The position numbers and the translations under genes were made by a program. Below are positions 14,351 to 26,675 of a stretch of 64,000 nt of DNA, piece by piece. The stretch covers positions 2,418,001 through 2,482,000 of the forward strand of contig CM039005.1 in assembly GCA_017499595.2 (NCBI GenBank), read 5' to 3'. This stretch comes from Psilocybe cubensis. Lineage: Eukaryota. Within the stretch, counting starts at the first letter, position 1; the number at the start of each line of letters is the position of its first letter. A model generated the notes under the pieces. That model worked only from the letters and a program-made list of their open reading frames with translations. It was not told where the DNA came from and ran no database searches.

Positions 14351-14644
14351 TATAAATTAAAAATTAAAAATAGCCTTATAAATGTGGACTGGGATTACAA
14401 GATGCATTCATGATAATAAAAACAACATGAGAAGCGGTGATAAGAGAAAGATTTGGACAACGGTGCTGAGATAATAGGTTTTGTGACTGTGTCACATTTA
14501 CAACTCAGACGTAACAACGGCTGGCAAAATATTGATAGATTGATTGGATCAAATAATTATTCATACGGTATCGATATTGGTATCACAATTTGAATAGTAG
14601 CCATTCCAGTAAAAAGAATGAGCTTTTACTTTGTAAAAGACTTG

Positions 14645-16040
14645 TAACCCGGATGGATATTGACCTTCATTTATATATTGTTTGTGGTCACCTCTGTGGT
14701 CTTTCTCTAAGATACATTTTGATATATCTCAGCTTATACTCATTGGATTTCTATGATTCTATATACCATAGATAGGTATCATTTAGGCCTACACAATCAT
14801 ATTAAATTTGCATTTTTTGAATGTTGTCTTGCCCATCATGTTTTGCTTTTTGGTATTTTTGAACAATATTGCTTATTCTTCTTATACTATCTTGTGAAGT
14901 GTTTTGGATGTTTAGCACCCTGTATATAATTTTTAGGAAACATTAATGGCTATCCGTAGATGTATAATATGTGCATTTTGGTGAAGAATAAGTGGTGATA
15001 TACTAATATTATAATGGAAACTCAACCTTTTCTTGTTTGCCTCATAACCAAGGTGTTCTTCTCCATTTAGAATGTTTCAAAGGTATATATTGTGTCTATG
15101 GTACTGTAAAGGACAGGTTTACATATGTGCTGGAAATGTCCATTCTATCCTGTAATAAAATATATAATATTTGGAGGGAATAAAGCATGGTATTCTTCAA
15201 TCTTAGAATTTGATCAAGATTAAGGGCCTTAAAAATTGGTATAATATGAGAGCCTAGCCAACCCTAGCTGGGCCTAAATTTATCTGATCAGGAAGGCAGT
15301 TATACAAGGAGTAGGAGGAGGGGTAGGGTACACATTCTAGTTCAATAGGTTTTACTGCTCCAATTACGCTGAAAATTGGCATGTACTCCATTTAACATAA
15401 ATAAAAAATAATGGCATAGTTAAAAGGATACATAGCAATTCCTGGAGGGTGCTTTTCAAGATACATTTTTTAACCAAAACATTGTACATTTAATTACACA
15501 ATAATGAATAAAAATATTGCAATTCTGGTTTTAGATTCAGATTGAGACACTTTGAAACTATAGACCTACCAAAAACCACCAAGAGAAACGGTCCAGAAAT
15601 GCCCCCAAAAGCGCCCAATCCATTGCCAGCAATACACAAAAGTAGCATAGAATGAGCTCTATTTATAGAGCTAGGAGCAGAGGCAAAGAGAAAGGCCCAG
15701 AACCCTAATTAAGCATGATGTCATCTCCATTAATGATGGTCCAAAGCCTAATTCTAATCAGATCAATGATATCAGGACAATTTTATTAAGTAATCCAGAA
15801 AGAATGATGCAGCTATTAAGTAATCTAAAAAGAATGATGCAGCTCTTGGACAATTAATAATGCAGCTCCGGAAATTAATGATATAGCTTTCAAAATTAAT
15901 GATACAAACTTTGGGTAGCTATGATATAGACTTTGGGCAGCTATAATACAGATTTTGGATAGCTATAATGTATATCATATATTGCCCAGGTGAATCATTG
16001 GTTTCAATCAATGATATACCTGGGCAATTGCCCAATTTGC
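14645..16040 (+). repeat. Foldback family copy B (centre plus right arm, with ATGATGCAG minisatellite at about 15800-15975)
   Basis: Collinear similarity to 60966-62450 (ACCCGGATGGATATTG..., GCATAG.ATGAGC.CTATTTATAGAGC, GGCCCAGAACCCTAATT). Confidence 0.8.
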
Positions 16041-16049
16041 ATTATATCA

Positions 16050-17524
16050 ACAAACCTTGGGCAGCATATAAACAGAGATGCCTACTATTGCCCAAGTTGA
16101 ATCAAATAAGTGGTAGAGACCCCTCAAGCAATAGTGTCTAACAATCAAGTTACCCGCTTGGAATAAAAACACTAGTGTCCAATGCAAGACTGGTACACAA
16201 ATAGATGAGTACAATGACAGTGATTGGGTACTAGACCCTGCAGTAAGCTGGGAATGTGAGGCACTTACTGGTCTTAAATATATGATTGGAGTGAAGGTAA
16301 TAAACATGGTTAAGGCCTGATACCATGAAGATCTCTTCTTTTTCAAGATAGTAAATTGCTCACAGGATTTTAAGACATTTGAGTATGATGCTCTTGAGAG
16401 TGTGTTGTATTTAACACATATGAATAGTCCCAAAAGATTGTGTATTCCTAATATACAGGTAGACAACTGTTCCGTACATGAATTGATAATTTCTGAAGCA
16501 CACAGTGTGCTAGTGCATTTAGGCGCCCATAAAATATATGCCTACTTAAGGGATTTGGTATGGTGGAAAACAATGGCCGGGAATGTTAAGAAATTTTGTG
16601 CTTCTTGTGTAAAGTGTTTGATGATGAAGGACAGTCACCAGAAGCATTACGGACTGCTAAATCTGTTATAAACTTGCAAAAGGCCTTGGGAAGCCATTGG
16701 AATTGATTTTGTTGGGCTCCTATCTGTGTCCAGGAACAAGAATGATTTCTATAATATGATTATAGTCATAATTGACCTATTTAGTAGTATACTTTGTTTG
16801 GTGCCAGGTAGGGCCAACTACAAAGCAAAAAATATTGCTGAGTTAGTCTTTGCTGAAATTTATAAATTACATGGATTACCAGAGACTATTATCAGTAATC
16901 GTGACAAATGGTTCCAGAGTGATTTCTGGCAAGAATTGCATCATTTAATTGATACCAAGCTATTAATACTGAGCGCTTATCATCCGCAAACAGATGGAGC
17001 AATGGAGAGAGCAAATAAAATAATTGGACAGATGCTTTGTCAATGTATTTCAGCAAATCAGCGTGATTGGGTTATCAGACTGCCTGCAATCAAGTTTGCC
17101 ATAAACTCTGCCAGGTCTAAGAGCACTGGGTTTGCACCATTCTTCTTTAATTATGGGCACTTACCTTGCTCATTTATATGGGTCTCAAATAAACTGGTCA
17201 ATTTTCTAGGTGTAAAAGTATTTGCTATGAAAATGAAGTCTGCTCTCATGAAAGCACACTGTTCAATCATTGCATCTCAAGTGAAGTCTATTAGAGGAGC
17301 TAATAGGAAACACATTTGTGCACCTTTTAAAGTAGACAATTTGGTTTATATTTCTATAGCAAATATTGATATACCAAAGGGCTTGAGTCATAAATTAGTG
17401 CCTCGCTTTATAGGACCATTTAAAATTATAGAAGACTTCAATAACAACTTGTATCATATTGATCTAGTGATTTGAAACAAAAGAGTGTGCATAATGTATT
17501 CCATGCTTCTTTATTGAGAATTTA
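16050..17524 (+). pseudogene. Gypsy pol remnant: zinc finger H2C2 and integrase core
   Basis: EAHSVLVHLGAHK...CASCVKC; PWEAIGIDFVG; SAYHPQTDGAMER; KLVPRFIGPFKI; HNVFHASLL; several stops. Confidence 0.9.
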
Positions 17525-19111
17525 CAGTGGGCAAAAAAACCGTTTGAGTGTTGGTCACATATGAAAAGATTAATTTATAACTTTGAAATTAAAAATGTTA
17601 AAAATATAGGATTATTCACAGGTATACTAGAGGGTATTAGCTAAAGGATGGCACACTGATCATGTGATTTTTCCAAGAATTGACCAAACAGGAGCATATA
17701 CAGTTTGCTAAGTCATTTGAACAGTTTTTTTGCTAAACACTTGAGTATCAATGAATCATATCTACTAGTACTTTGTATGTTCACCCTTGGCCTTAATCAC
17801 TGCTGCACACCTTCTAGGCATGCTAGCAATCAAATTCTGCACCACTTCCTTGGGTATTCTATTCCATTCCTTCTCAACCCTCTTCTTTGGTGGGACTTCA
17901 TGTTCATTAAGTCTTCTTTTGAGGTATTCCCATAGATGTTCAATGGGGTTGAGATCTGGAGATTGTGCAGGCCATATGAGGACCCTAAAATTCTGCTCTT
18001 CAAACCATTTCTTGGCCAATTTTGAGGTGTGCTTGGGGTCATTGTCTTGCTGAAAGTGGATATCTTCTACCTGTTGACCATACCACTCCAAGGATTTTAG
18101 GAGCTCATCACCTAGGATCTCAGTGTATAACTGAGCATCCATCTTCCCATCAATTCTAGTGGCAAATCCAATTCCTTCTCATCCCATACAACCCCACATC
18201 ATCAAGTTTCCTCCTCCAAACTTCACAGTTTGCTTGATCCTCCTGGGGTCCTATCTGTTTTCCTTGTCTATCCACACCTGATCTCTGCCATCTGAACCCA
18301 ATCTGTTGATTTTGGTCTCATCTGACCACCAGACCCTTGCCCAGTCATCCACAGTCCACTCCAAGTGCCTTTCTGCAAACTCCAATCTAGCCCTCCTATG
18401 CTTTTTTGATAACAAAGGCTTCTTTTGTTTTGCCACTGAGACCATGCCAGTTGATTTGAGTGCATTCCTAACTGTTTGAGGACTGATATTCTGGCCATTA
18501 ATAGTAGCCAGAGATTTGGCAGCTTGCACAGCATTCTTGATTTGTCCAGTTTGAATTTCACGCTTGGTATAGGTGATATTGGCACCAGTTAGCTTCTTTG
18601 GGCGTCTTCCATGGGAAACCACTGCCTCAGGACAGTAGTCTTGGTGAATCTTGGTGATAGAACCAGCACTAGCTCCAGTCTGGGCCTTGATAGAGGCATA
18701 GGAGTGACCAGAAGTAAGAAGAGAGACAATAGTAGCAATGGTTGCTTTAGAGAGGGGTTTCATGCTTGATTGGGGGGATAAAGAGGTTGGTTGTAGCTAT
18801 TATATACCTATTCAATATGTAGTCACATGATTTTATTGATAGTTGTTTGGTATATCAACAAAGTCATGTGATAATACATAGTTTATAGCATTTAAATTAC
18901 TAGCAAAAAAACTGTTCGAATGACTTAGCAAATTGTATATGCTGCTGTTTGGTCAATTCTTGGACAAATCACATGATCAGTATGTCATCCTTTAGCTAAC
19001 ACCATATAGTATATCTGTGAATAATCTCATATTTTTAACATTTTTAATTTCAAAGTTATAAATTAATCTTTTCATACGTGACCAACACTTAAACGGTTTT
19101 TTTGCCCACTA
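17525..19111 (-). mobile_element. Tc1/mariner DNA transposon, copy 1
   Basis: About 210-bp TIRs starting CAGTGGGCAAAAAAACCGTT; TA on both flanks; terminal G of the right TIR mutated to A. Confidence 0.95.
17765..18763 (-). pseudogene. Tc1-type DD34E transposase with two premature stops and an 18-bp deletion
   Basis: WSDETKIN, FQQDNDPKH, WPAQSPDLNPIEHLW; TAG at 18251-18253 and TGA at about 18179-18181. Confidence 0.92.
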
Positions 19112-19879
19112 TATAGAACAATGATGCGTGATTACAGTCTCATGCTTATACAGATGTATCTGTATGACTTCTTTGCTTAATCTTTTACCCTATGCATTTA
19201 TCTGACTAGATTTGCATCCTTGTTCAAGATATTCCCGTTTGAATATGGCATCATTGACAAAAATAACACATTTGATCAATTCATGTAGCTCAAATCAAGG
19301 ACTTTATTTCATTTGCATATCATGTTGTCAAGCCCATGCCACCCAATACTCATTTGCTCATGCCAATCGGCTATACAGAGCTTGTATTTTATTTACATTG
19401 GGACCCCAATCCTGCTAATTGCCTTACTCAATTTGACAACTGTAGCAACATTATTTCAGAGGCAAAGGATTGTTTTCCACTTGCCATCAACTTTCTGTCG
19501 GAGTTTGAACTTGCCAATACTATTGAACTGGCTGCCTCTTATGGAAGCATTTGAGAGATTAAGAAGGTTAATCAAGTGGTTTTTGATATCACTCTCCACG
19601 ATGCACATTCTTACGCCAAACAAGGCCACAAGAGCCATTCCGTAGAAATGCCTGGAGGGCATATGTGACGGCGGCATCACATTATGGATGCTGAGCCATC
19701 ACAGCAAGAATATTGCGGAAATTTACAAAGATTTCTATGGTTTTCTATCTTGTTTGTATTTGATATTCAGTTTATAAGTGTTCTATAACATAGGTAGAAA
19801 TGTAAAAAGGTATATAAAGGCATAATTAGAGTAGTGTAGAGCTCAATCTTGAATAGACAGAGTTTAGCCAGTCTTTCTA

Positions 19880-20700
19880 AGGTTTGACGTGTGCCGGGAC
19901 TTGTTTATTCTCATGCCCCATCACAGGTTCCCCTGCCATAATTTTATTGATTAATTCTCTTTCTGAATAGTTGTAGACAATTTCAAGTAATTCCAATTTG
20001 CGGATAAAATATTCACTGGGCGTTTCTTGGATATAGCCTAACTCACAATATCTTGCTTTATTTGCTCTTATATGTTATTTTTAAAGAAAATTCCTATTCA
20101 TATAATATCCGGCTGTTGTTGCTCTAAATAGTTCCTAGTTGGTTTTTATTCTTACTCTAGTTTCTACACTCTGACTGTAATATTATAGTTCAGCCAATCT
20201 AGTAAATTGAATTGGAACTAGATAACCCAATTATTGATATATGATTGGTGAGTGTTCCAAAAACCAATTGATTTTGATTATCCATTGCGCAAAATTGTTA
20301 GGATTTCTATTTCATATGGGAATAACATCAACCTTCAGCTTATTATCAAATTGAGGTATTGTGGATGGTTGCCTATCTTGATCAAATAGTTTTTGATTTC
20401 CATCTGAATCTTTTCCACCAGATTCTCTCCCTGCACCACCCCCAGATCCTTCTCTCCCACTGCCTGAGCCAACTGCCGTAGCCTCCTCCATCGAGTCTAT
20501 GACCCCCTGTAGATCCTCCTCTCCCAGATTCTCCCGGGTATCTAGGTCCATTTCTTCCACCTCTAGAGCCTCTTGGGTACCCCGGTCTATTGCTTCCTTG
20601 CCATGGTTTCTTTCTGGGGTTGGCTGTGCCATGATTTCCATCCACACTGCTTGCACTAGCTGGTTGCTGTTGAGGTACATTGGCTATAGATGCTAATTGT
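19880..20700 (-). pseudogene. Gypsy gag remnant
   Basis: Gly-rich linker, PQFDNKLKVDVIP.., LGYLVP..F...AELYYYS, ETPSEYFIRKLELL..VYNY pattern of basidiomycete Gypsy gag; many stops. Confidence 0.7.
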
Positions 20701-21379
20701 GTTGTGTCATAAATTGTTGTATTATTGTCATCTTAAGCTTGAGGTGTACAATAGTTAGATAGCATATCCACCAATTTTCAACTTGAGGTATATTTCAATG
20801 GATTACCAAATATTGATGTATTCTGATTTGTAAAGTTTTGAATTAGGTGAAAGATTGGAGTGGGTGCATCATGAAATAACATCTGAACTTGTGTTACTTT
20901 ATTCTCAATCTTGTACAGTGTATGCGGAATTTATAGTTTTTTGATGAAGTAAATTTTGTTGCAGTGATTCTTCAAAAATGACTGTTATTATTGCTTTATT
21001 AATTGCTCGCAATATAACAAGTAAATACATCATAACTTTGTGATGATAGCATGCACACAGTATTTCAAAATCATTAGATTCTCAATATGCATTCACATTT
21101 CCATCCAATCCCCAGCAGGAGAGCTCCTGTAGTCCATCACCTAAAAGAATAACATGGTCTTTTGTGACAATTCTTAATTCCAGGAGTCTTTGGTTGAATT
21201 CACGTAGCTGTTTACTATTTAAATGATATGCTGTAGTGTAATCATCTTTATATCTGTTAAGATATATCAACAGCATGTCTAGATCTTTTTGTGTATCTTC
21301 TAATTCTCGTAGTTCTTGGGCTGTTGGATTAAATGGCTGTTTGAGGTTTTTATTTATAAATTTTTGTTGTATTACAGTA

Positions 21380-21870
21380 TGCAAGACTTTTCCATGTCTA
21401 TTCCTGCACATTCTGAACAGTATAGCTGTGCCATCCATTCCCTGGTTATGGCTGGATCCATCTGTATATACCCTTACGTCTGCTTTGCTCTCCCTCTTGT
21501 ATCTTATCAACTCCTCTTGGGAGATTGCATTCATAATGTTGAATGGTGTTTGGTAATTTTCTGGGTAGGTTAGCAGATGTATTGTCTCAATGGTATTTAG
21601 CTTGAGGTTGAATATGTGTAGGAGATTGTTTATCAGAGTTTTGTGTTGCTTTGGCGGCTTGTTTTTGCCTCTTGTTATTACTTTGTGCAGTAGATGTGTG
21701 CTGGGCAGGATGGCCATCCATATAGTAGCTTTGTGATAGGCTTTGAGTAGTGCTAGCTTGAGTGGAAAGACACCCACAAGCACGTCTAGCAACTCTGTAG
21801 GAGTTGATCTTATTGCTCCTGTGATTGTCAGCGTAGCTTTCCTCTGTATGGGAGTTATTCTTCAGATCAC
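21380..21870 (-). pseudogene. Non-LTR (Tad-like LINE) remnant: RT thumb/connection and start of RNase H
   Basis: ITGAIRSTPTELLDVLVGVFP and VRVYTDGS motifs. Confidence 0.7.
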
Positions 21871-24274
21871 CTAGCTAAGACTATTATTACCTCTTGTTAC
21901 CTATATAATCTATCCTTTTAATACAAATTTGTATTTTTTTTTCTCAATTCAATAGAAGGGCTTGGTTTGTCAGAGAGCAAATACATTTCAAAGTCAGGAC
22001 TCATGATAATATCCTATGGCTCTAAATGTATATATGAAGTATACTCCCTAACAGCAGCAAGGATGTGCTTACCATCTCAACAATTGTAGTTACAATAGGC
22101 AGCAAGCGCAATCATTGGGAAGAAGAGAGAGAGGGAACATGGAGCCAAAAGATGCGGTAGGGCAAAGAATCTTATGGATGAATCAATGATACATGGTTTA
22201 TGGTTATAAATTATGAAGTACTTATAAGTCAGCTTGTGGCATTTTGGTGGCTTAGTGGACTAAGGACCGGAATTCTAAATCACCTACAAAAAGAACACAG
22301 AAACTAGAAATCCAGAAACAAAAGAAAAAGCCAGCAAAAAATAAGCCTTTATAGAAGACAGATAGAATAAAGTCTCTGAGAGTATTACTGAGCCTTTCAA
22401 ACTGAGGGTTGAAATTGTCAATGCGGGAGAAGGAGTGAGCGCAAAGTGTATTGCCTTAAGTTCAAGCTCAATCTGGATTGAGTGACAAACCTACATACAA
22501 GCGGTTCATGAACCAATCAAAATGTAATTAAATATAATATAACTTGACCTGCCCTAAACCAATGCATCAAATAGCAGAACTTAAATGTATTTGGTATAAG
22601 TTTGTTGCTACTTTTTATCTGAATGTGGACACTCTTTATCATTCAACATAATAAAATCAGACACAAAGAACTATGACAGAAAAGCTGCAAATGGTCCAAA
22701 AGACACTGACATCATTCCTATTTTCTTATGCAACAATTCTGAGTTACATTGTGACTTTTAAGCAGTTGCAGCATCAATAAAAGAGGTAAAAAATGGGCAT
22801 AAAAATGTGTTGTATATTTGTAACAAATGTAAAAATACATTGGAGACTGGAGACAAGTTAATGCAATATGCTAGGGTCAGTTAATATGTACTTTATTTTT
22901 CTTTAAATTAATCTTACATGCAATCACTTAGTATAAGATTGTGTAGTATTGTTCTAAAACGGTTTGTAATGAGTGGAAATATTTTACTTGAAAACCTATG
23001 GAATTAATGTTTATTATGTAATACTTTAAGTGTCAAAAATTATAATGGTATGCCATTTCTATATCTAAGTACTGGCAGGAAGAAAACATATTACCCAATA
23101 CTAGGCTGACACCTAAAATTGTTTGCAAATACAGTAATTTAGCAGAAACATAGCTACAAACACTACCTTGACAGTTCAAGTTCTGTGTGACTAGTCACAC
23201 AAATCTTCAAGAAAAATTTTATAAAAAATTTATAGAAAAGAACAATCTTTGATATTATAGGATTCATATAATCTTTGAAATTTGAGAATCTATAATTTGG
23301 ATGAAAATCCTTGACCACATCTCTAATACTGTCCTTTCTGCCCAAATTCTTCTTGTTTTTGATACTATGCACTTTTTTTGGTTTACAATACTTTTTAAAT
23401 GCTGATTTTATGCGGTTTTTTTTAACACTCTACTTTATCCTCCAGTTGTATATGTTTATAGTACACATTTGGTACACTTTGGTCTTTGCTAGTCTCATTT
23501 TTTTGTGTTTGGCAAGTATAATAAAATTGGTGTCCTTCCCGGGTTATACAATATGTAGCATCCTACCAGACTATACCAAGCCTGCCACTGCACACCACTA
23601 TTTTACCACGTACTGGAACTTTAAGACTGTACCCCTGATCTGTTTATGATAAACCAGTTTGTTGCTCATTTGATCCTCTTGTTTTGGCATTTTAACTTTT
23701 TGTACTATCACACCAAGAAATTGTGAAAGCAAGCCTTGACTTTAATGTGGCTCTTGTAGCTCTATCCAGCCCTGTTTTTCAGTCATAAAAGGGATATGTT
23801 CAAAGGTCTCTTTGTCTTAAGCCAAAGTCTACAAAGCATCATAATCCAGGCACTCTAAAAGGTATAAATAGGCATAACTCAGGAATTGCTAAAATAAAAA
23901 GGGAACAACTGTGTGTACAACACTTTTGTTTAGCTTGGCACAATTGAACAAGCCTGATGGATTACTGAAAAGCATTACATCTGGTCTAGAGCTCCAACCC
24001 TATGCCGCATTGCTCCTCCATCCCAGTTCACTTGGAGGCTGCCGTTCAAGCCAAGCCATTTGGCTTGTCATTCTCAATGATCAACCAGTCTTCTTGACAG
24101 TGACCCATTTATATAGCCGCTGTTGTATAACAAGGTTCTTCTTCTCCATAGACCAACTTTGCATGACAGTGGTTGGTGTTGCCAGCTCACAGATATTATG
24201 CCGCCCTTTCCATTGTTAGTTCACAGGATTTAGAACACTCATAAAAAAGATGCATACCAATCTCTGGAGGATGT

Positions 24275-25072
24275 TATTAAAGGTGCACTTTTGAGCAAAA
24301 TATTGTACACTTAATTGCACAATAATGAGTAAGGATATTGCAATTCTGATTTCAGATTTAGATTGGGACATCTTAAAACTATAGGTCTACCAAGAAACAC
24401 CAAGGGAAATGGTCTAGAAATGCCCTAAAAGCACCCAATCCACTGCCAGCAATGCACAAAAGTAGCATAGGATGAGCATTATTTATAGAGCTAAGGGCCA
24501 AGGGAAGGGGCAGGGACAGGGCCCTGATGTAATGCCTGTCAGCCCTAATTTTAATATATTTAGTCTAAGTTCCTGAACCAAAAATAGTGCTAGATTCTTG
24601 AGCTTAATCAGAGATAAGATTAATGATACCAGTTAAATGAAATAAATTTATAATGAAAGCACACTACAATAAAATCAATTAATGCTAATGAAAGTGTATA
24701 TAAATGAATTGAATTAACACTAATGAAAGCACCACAATGAAATCAATTTATAATGAAAGCACACAGAAATGAATACAATTAACACTAATGAAAGCACACC
24801 ACAATGAAATGAATAAATTCTAATGAAAGCGCACCACAATAAAATGAGTTAGTGATTTAATAAAATGAAATAAGCTCTACTAGCAATGAAACAGATGAGG
24901 TTAAGAAACCGCCAAGTGTGTGTAATGTGTAATGAAATAAAATAGTACTGCTGCAAGCACTCTATTAAAACAGTAAGGTAACTTAATGAAATGGTTTCAA
25001 AGATGTAAGGTAAAATAACAAATTCCTGTGTAACTATTTACCTTAGATGTATGATATGGCTGGAAGCTACAA
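24275..25072 (+). repeat. Foldback family copy C: core arm segment (24275-24525) plus a different minisatellite arm (AATGAAAGCAC units, about 24620-24860)
   Basis: 24275-24525 matches 61785-62030; the downstream tandem units differ from those in copies A, B and D. Confidence 0.75.
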
Positions 25073-25440
25073 GTCTTGTAGGTGTTATTTTGCAGATGTG
25101 TTTTGGTATTGTGTATGTTGGTAGTTGTTACAACTTTCATTAACAGCAACTTACTAGCCATTTCATATCATGCCTTCTGACAAGCTTACTTCTACTGGAC
25201 ATCAGAAATTGTTTCTGCCATTTTCCATGTTATATTTGAGCCATTTTTGTGATATCAATCCTCCCATTCAACCTTGAAGCAGAAGAAAATTAGTGGCTAA
25301 TTGACAAAAACCCGCTCAATTTTGCACCTCATAACTAATTTTTAATAGTAGATCTGAAGGTTAGTAATATAAACCCAGCTCAACACAAACTTTATACTCA
25401 CACAACTTGTCCATTATGGTCAATCTCTTTGCCAATGATT

Positions 25441-25818
25441 TGTTAAAACTGCTCTCTATGTCTCCCTCACTTTGCTATCTTATCAGATTAGATTACTTTC
25501 TTCTTATCTTCATTTGCTCTCCAGACCATTCTAGACACATGATATTTATCAGTCCATAGACTGGTTTGGACCGGACCAGAGTAGACCTAGGTAGACCAGA
25601 GTACTTGAGTCTACATAGTATATAGTCACTTTAGTTTACATTCTGAAGTCCCCAGTTACTCACTTCGGACTTCAGGTTAGTTTGTTAGCACTTTGCTCAA
25701 TTCACTTAGTTACTCACTTTGGACTTCAGACGCTTCGTGCTTGCTTATCCCTGCGCCCTACGTTCTATAATTAGGTCGCCGAGTAGCTCACACTGCCCCA
25801 AGCTCGCCTGCTTCAACA
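25441..25818 (+). mobile_element. Solo LTR of the resident Copia family
   Basis: TGTTAAAAC...TTCAACA, 378 bp; perfect 5-bp TSD TGATT on both sides. Confidence 0.95.
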
Positions 25819-26675
25819 TGATTTGGAATTTCCATTTGCTGTCATCGAATATCTCCTCTAGTGGATTAGATATTCTCTATTTTTTCTTTCCATTTTCAGT
25901 TAATAGAGATGGAAAATGCAAGAACAATGAGAGTTATCATTTTCCTTGCAAGTTTTCTTGTTGGATATTTCTGTAATTTTGTCTTCCATGGCCCTGTGAA
26001 GGATCTCTAAAATAGCTGTTATGAATGTGCTATACTGCAAAAAGAATGAACAACACACCAGCAAAGAGCAACCAACTTACAAGATTGCATGGAATCGATT
26101 TTGCATATCTACCTGCCTAACATGTTATCCATATGGACAGTGTCATTATACATCACGTGACTTACAAAGAATATCAAAAAGATAAGATACTCTACAGATA
26201 AAATAAGAGCAAGATAAGAAAATCCCCTAAGATTGTTATTATCTGCCATCAATACTCAGACAATCAATCCCAATAAAAGTCAGATATGTGCTATTCTGCG
26301 GATATCTGCATAAATCTGCAATCCAGATATACGAGGAAATATACAGAAAATTTTCCACCTGCAGATTTTTTTCTGGATATGTCTGTTGTTTCTGCATGAG
26401 TGGACTCAACATAGGTTTTTTGGTTGTAGATAGTTCTGGAGCACTCTGAGACTATCTGTATCATTCTGTGCTTATCTACCAATCTTTGAACTGACAGTTT
26501 TATTTTAATCACATTATTCTGTACATGTGTCTGTAGCTATCCAAGACTATCCAAGCACATCTGCGCCAATATGCCATGAACATTCCTCTTGTATTTTCCA
26601 TATTGCCATGATCACTAAGTTAATCACTATAAAAAATGGCAGAATAATAAGTCCAACTGATATAGATACACATGA

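Noticed and set aside
21900-24260. Possible decayed genes in AT-rich sequence
   Set aside because: No recognisable motif in the frames examined; the ORFs are compositional.
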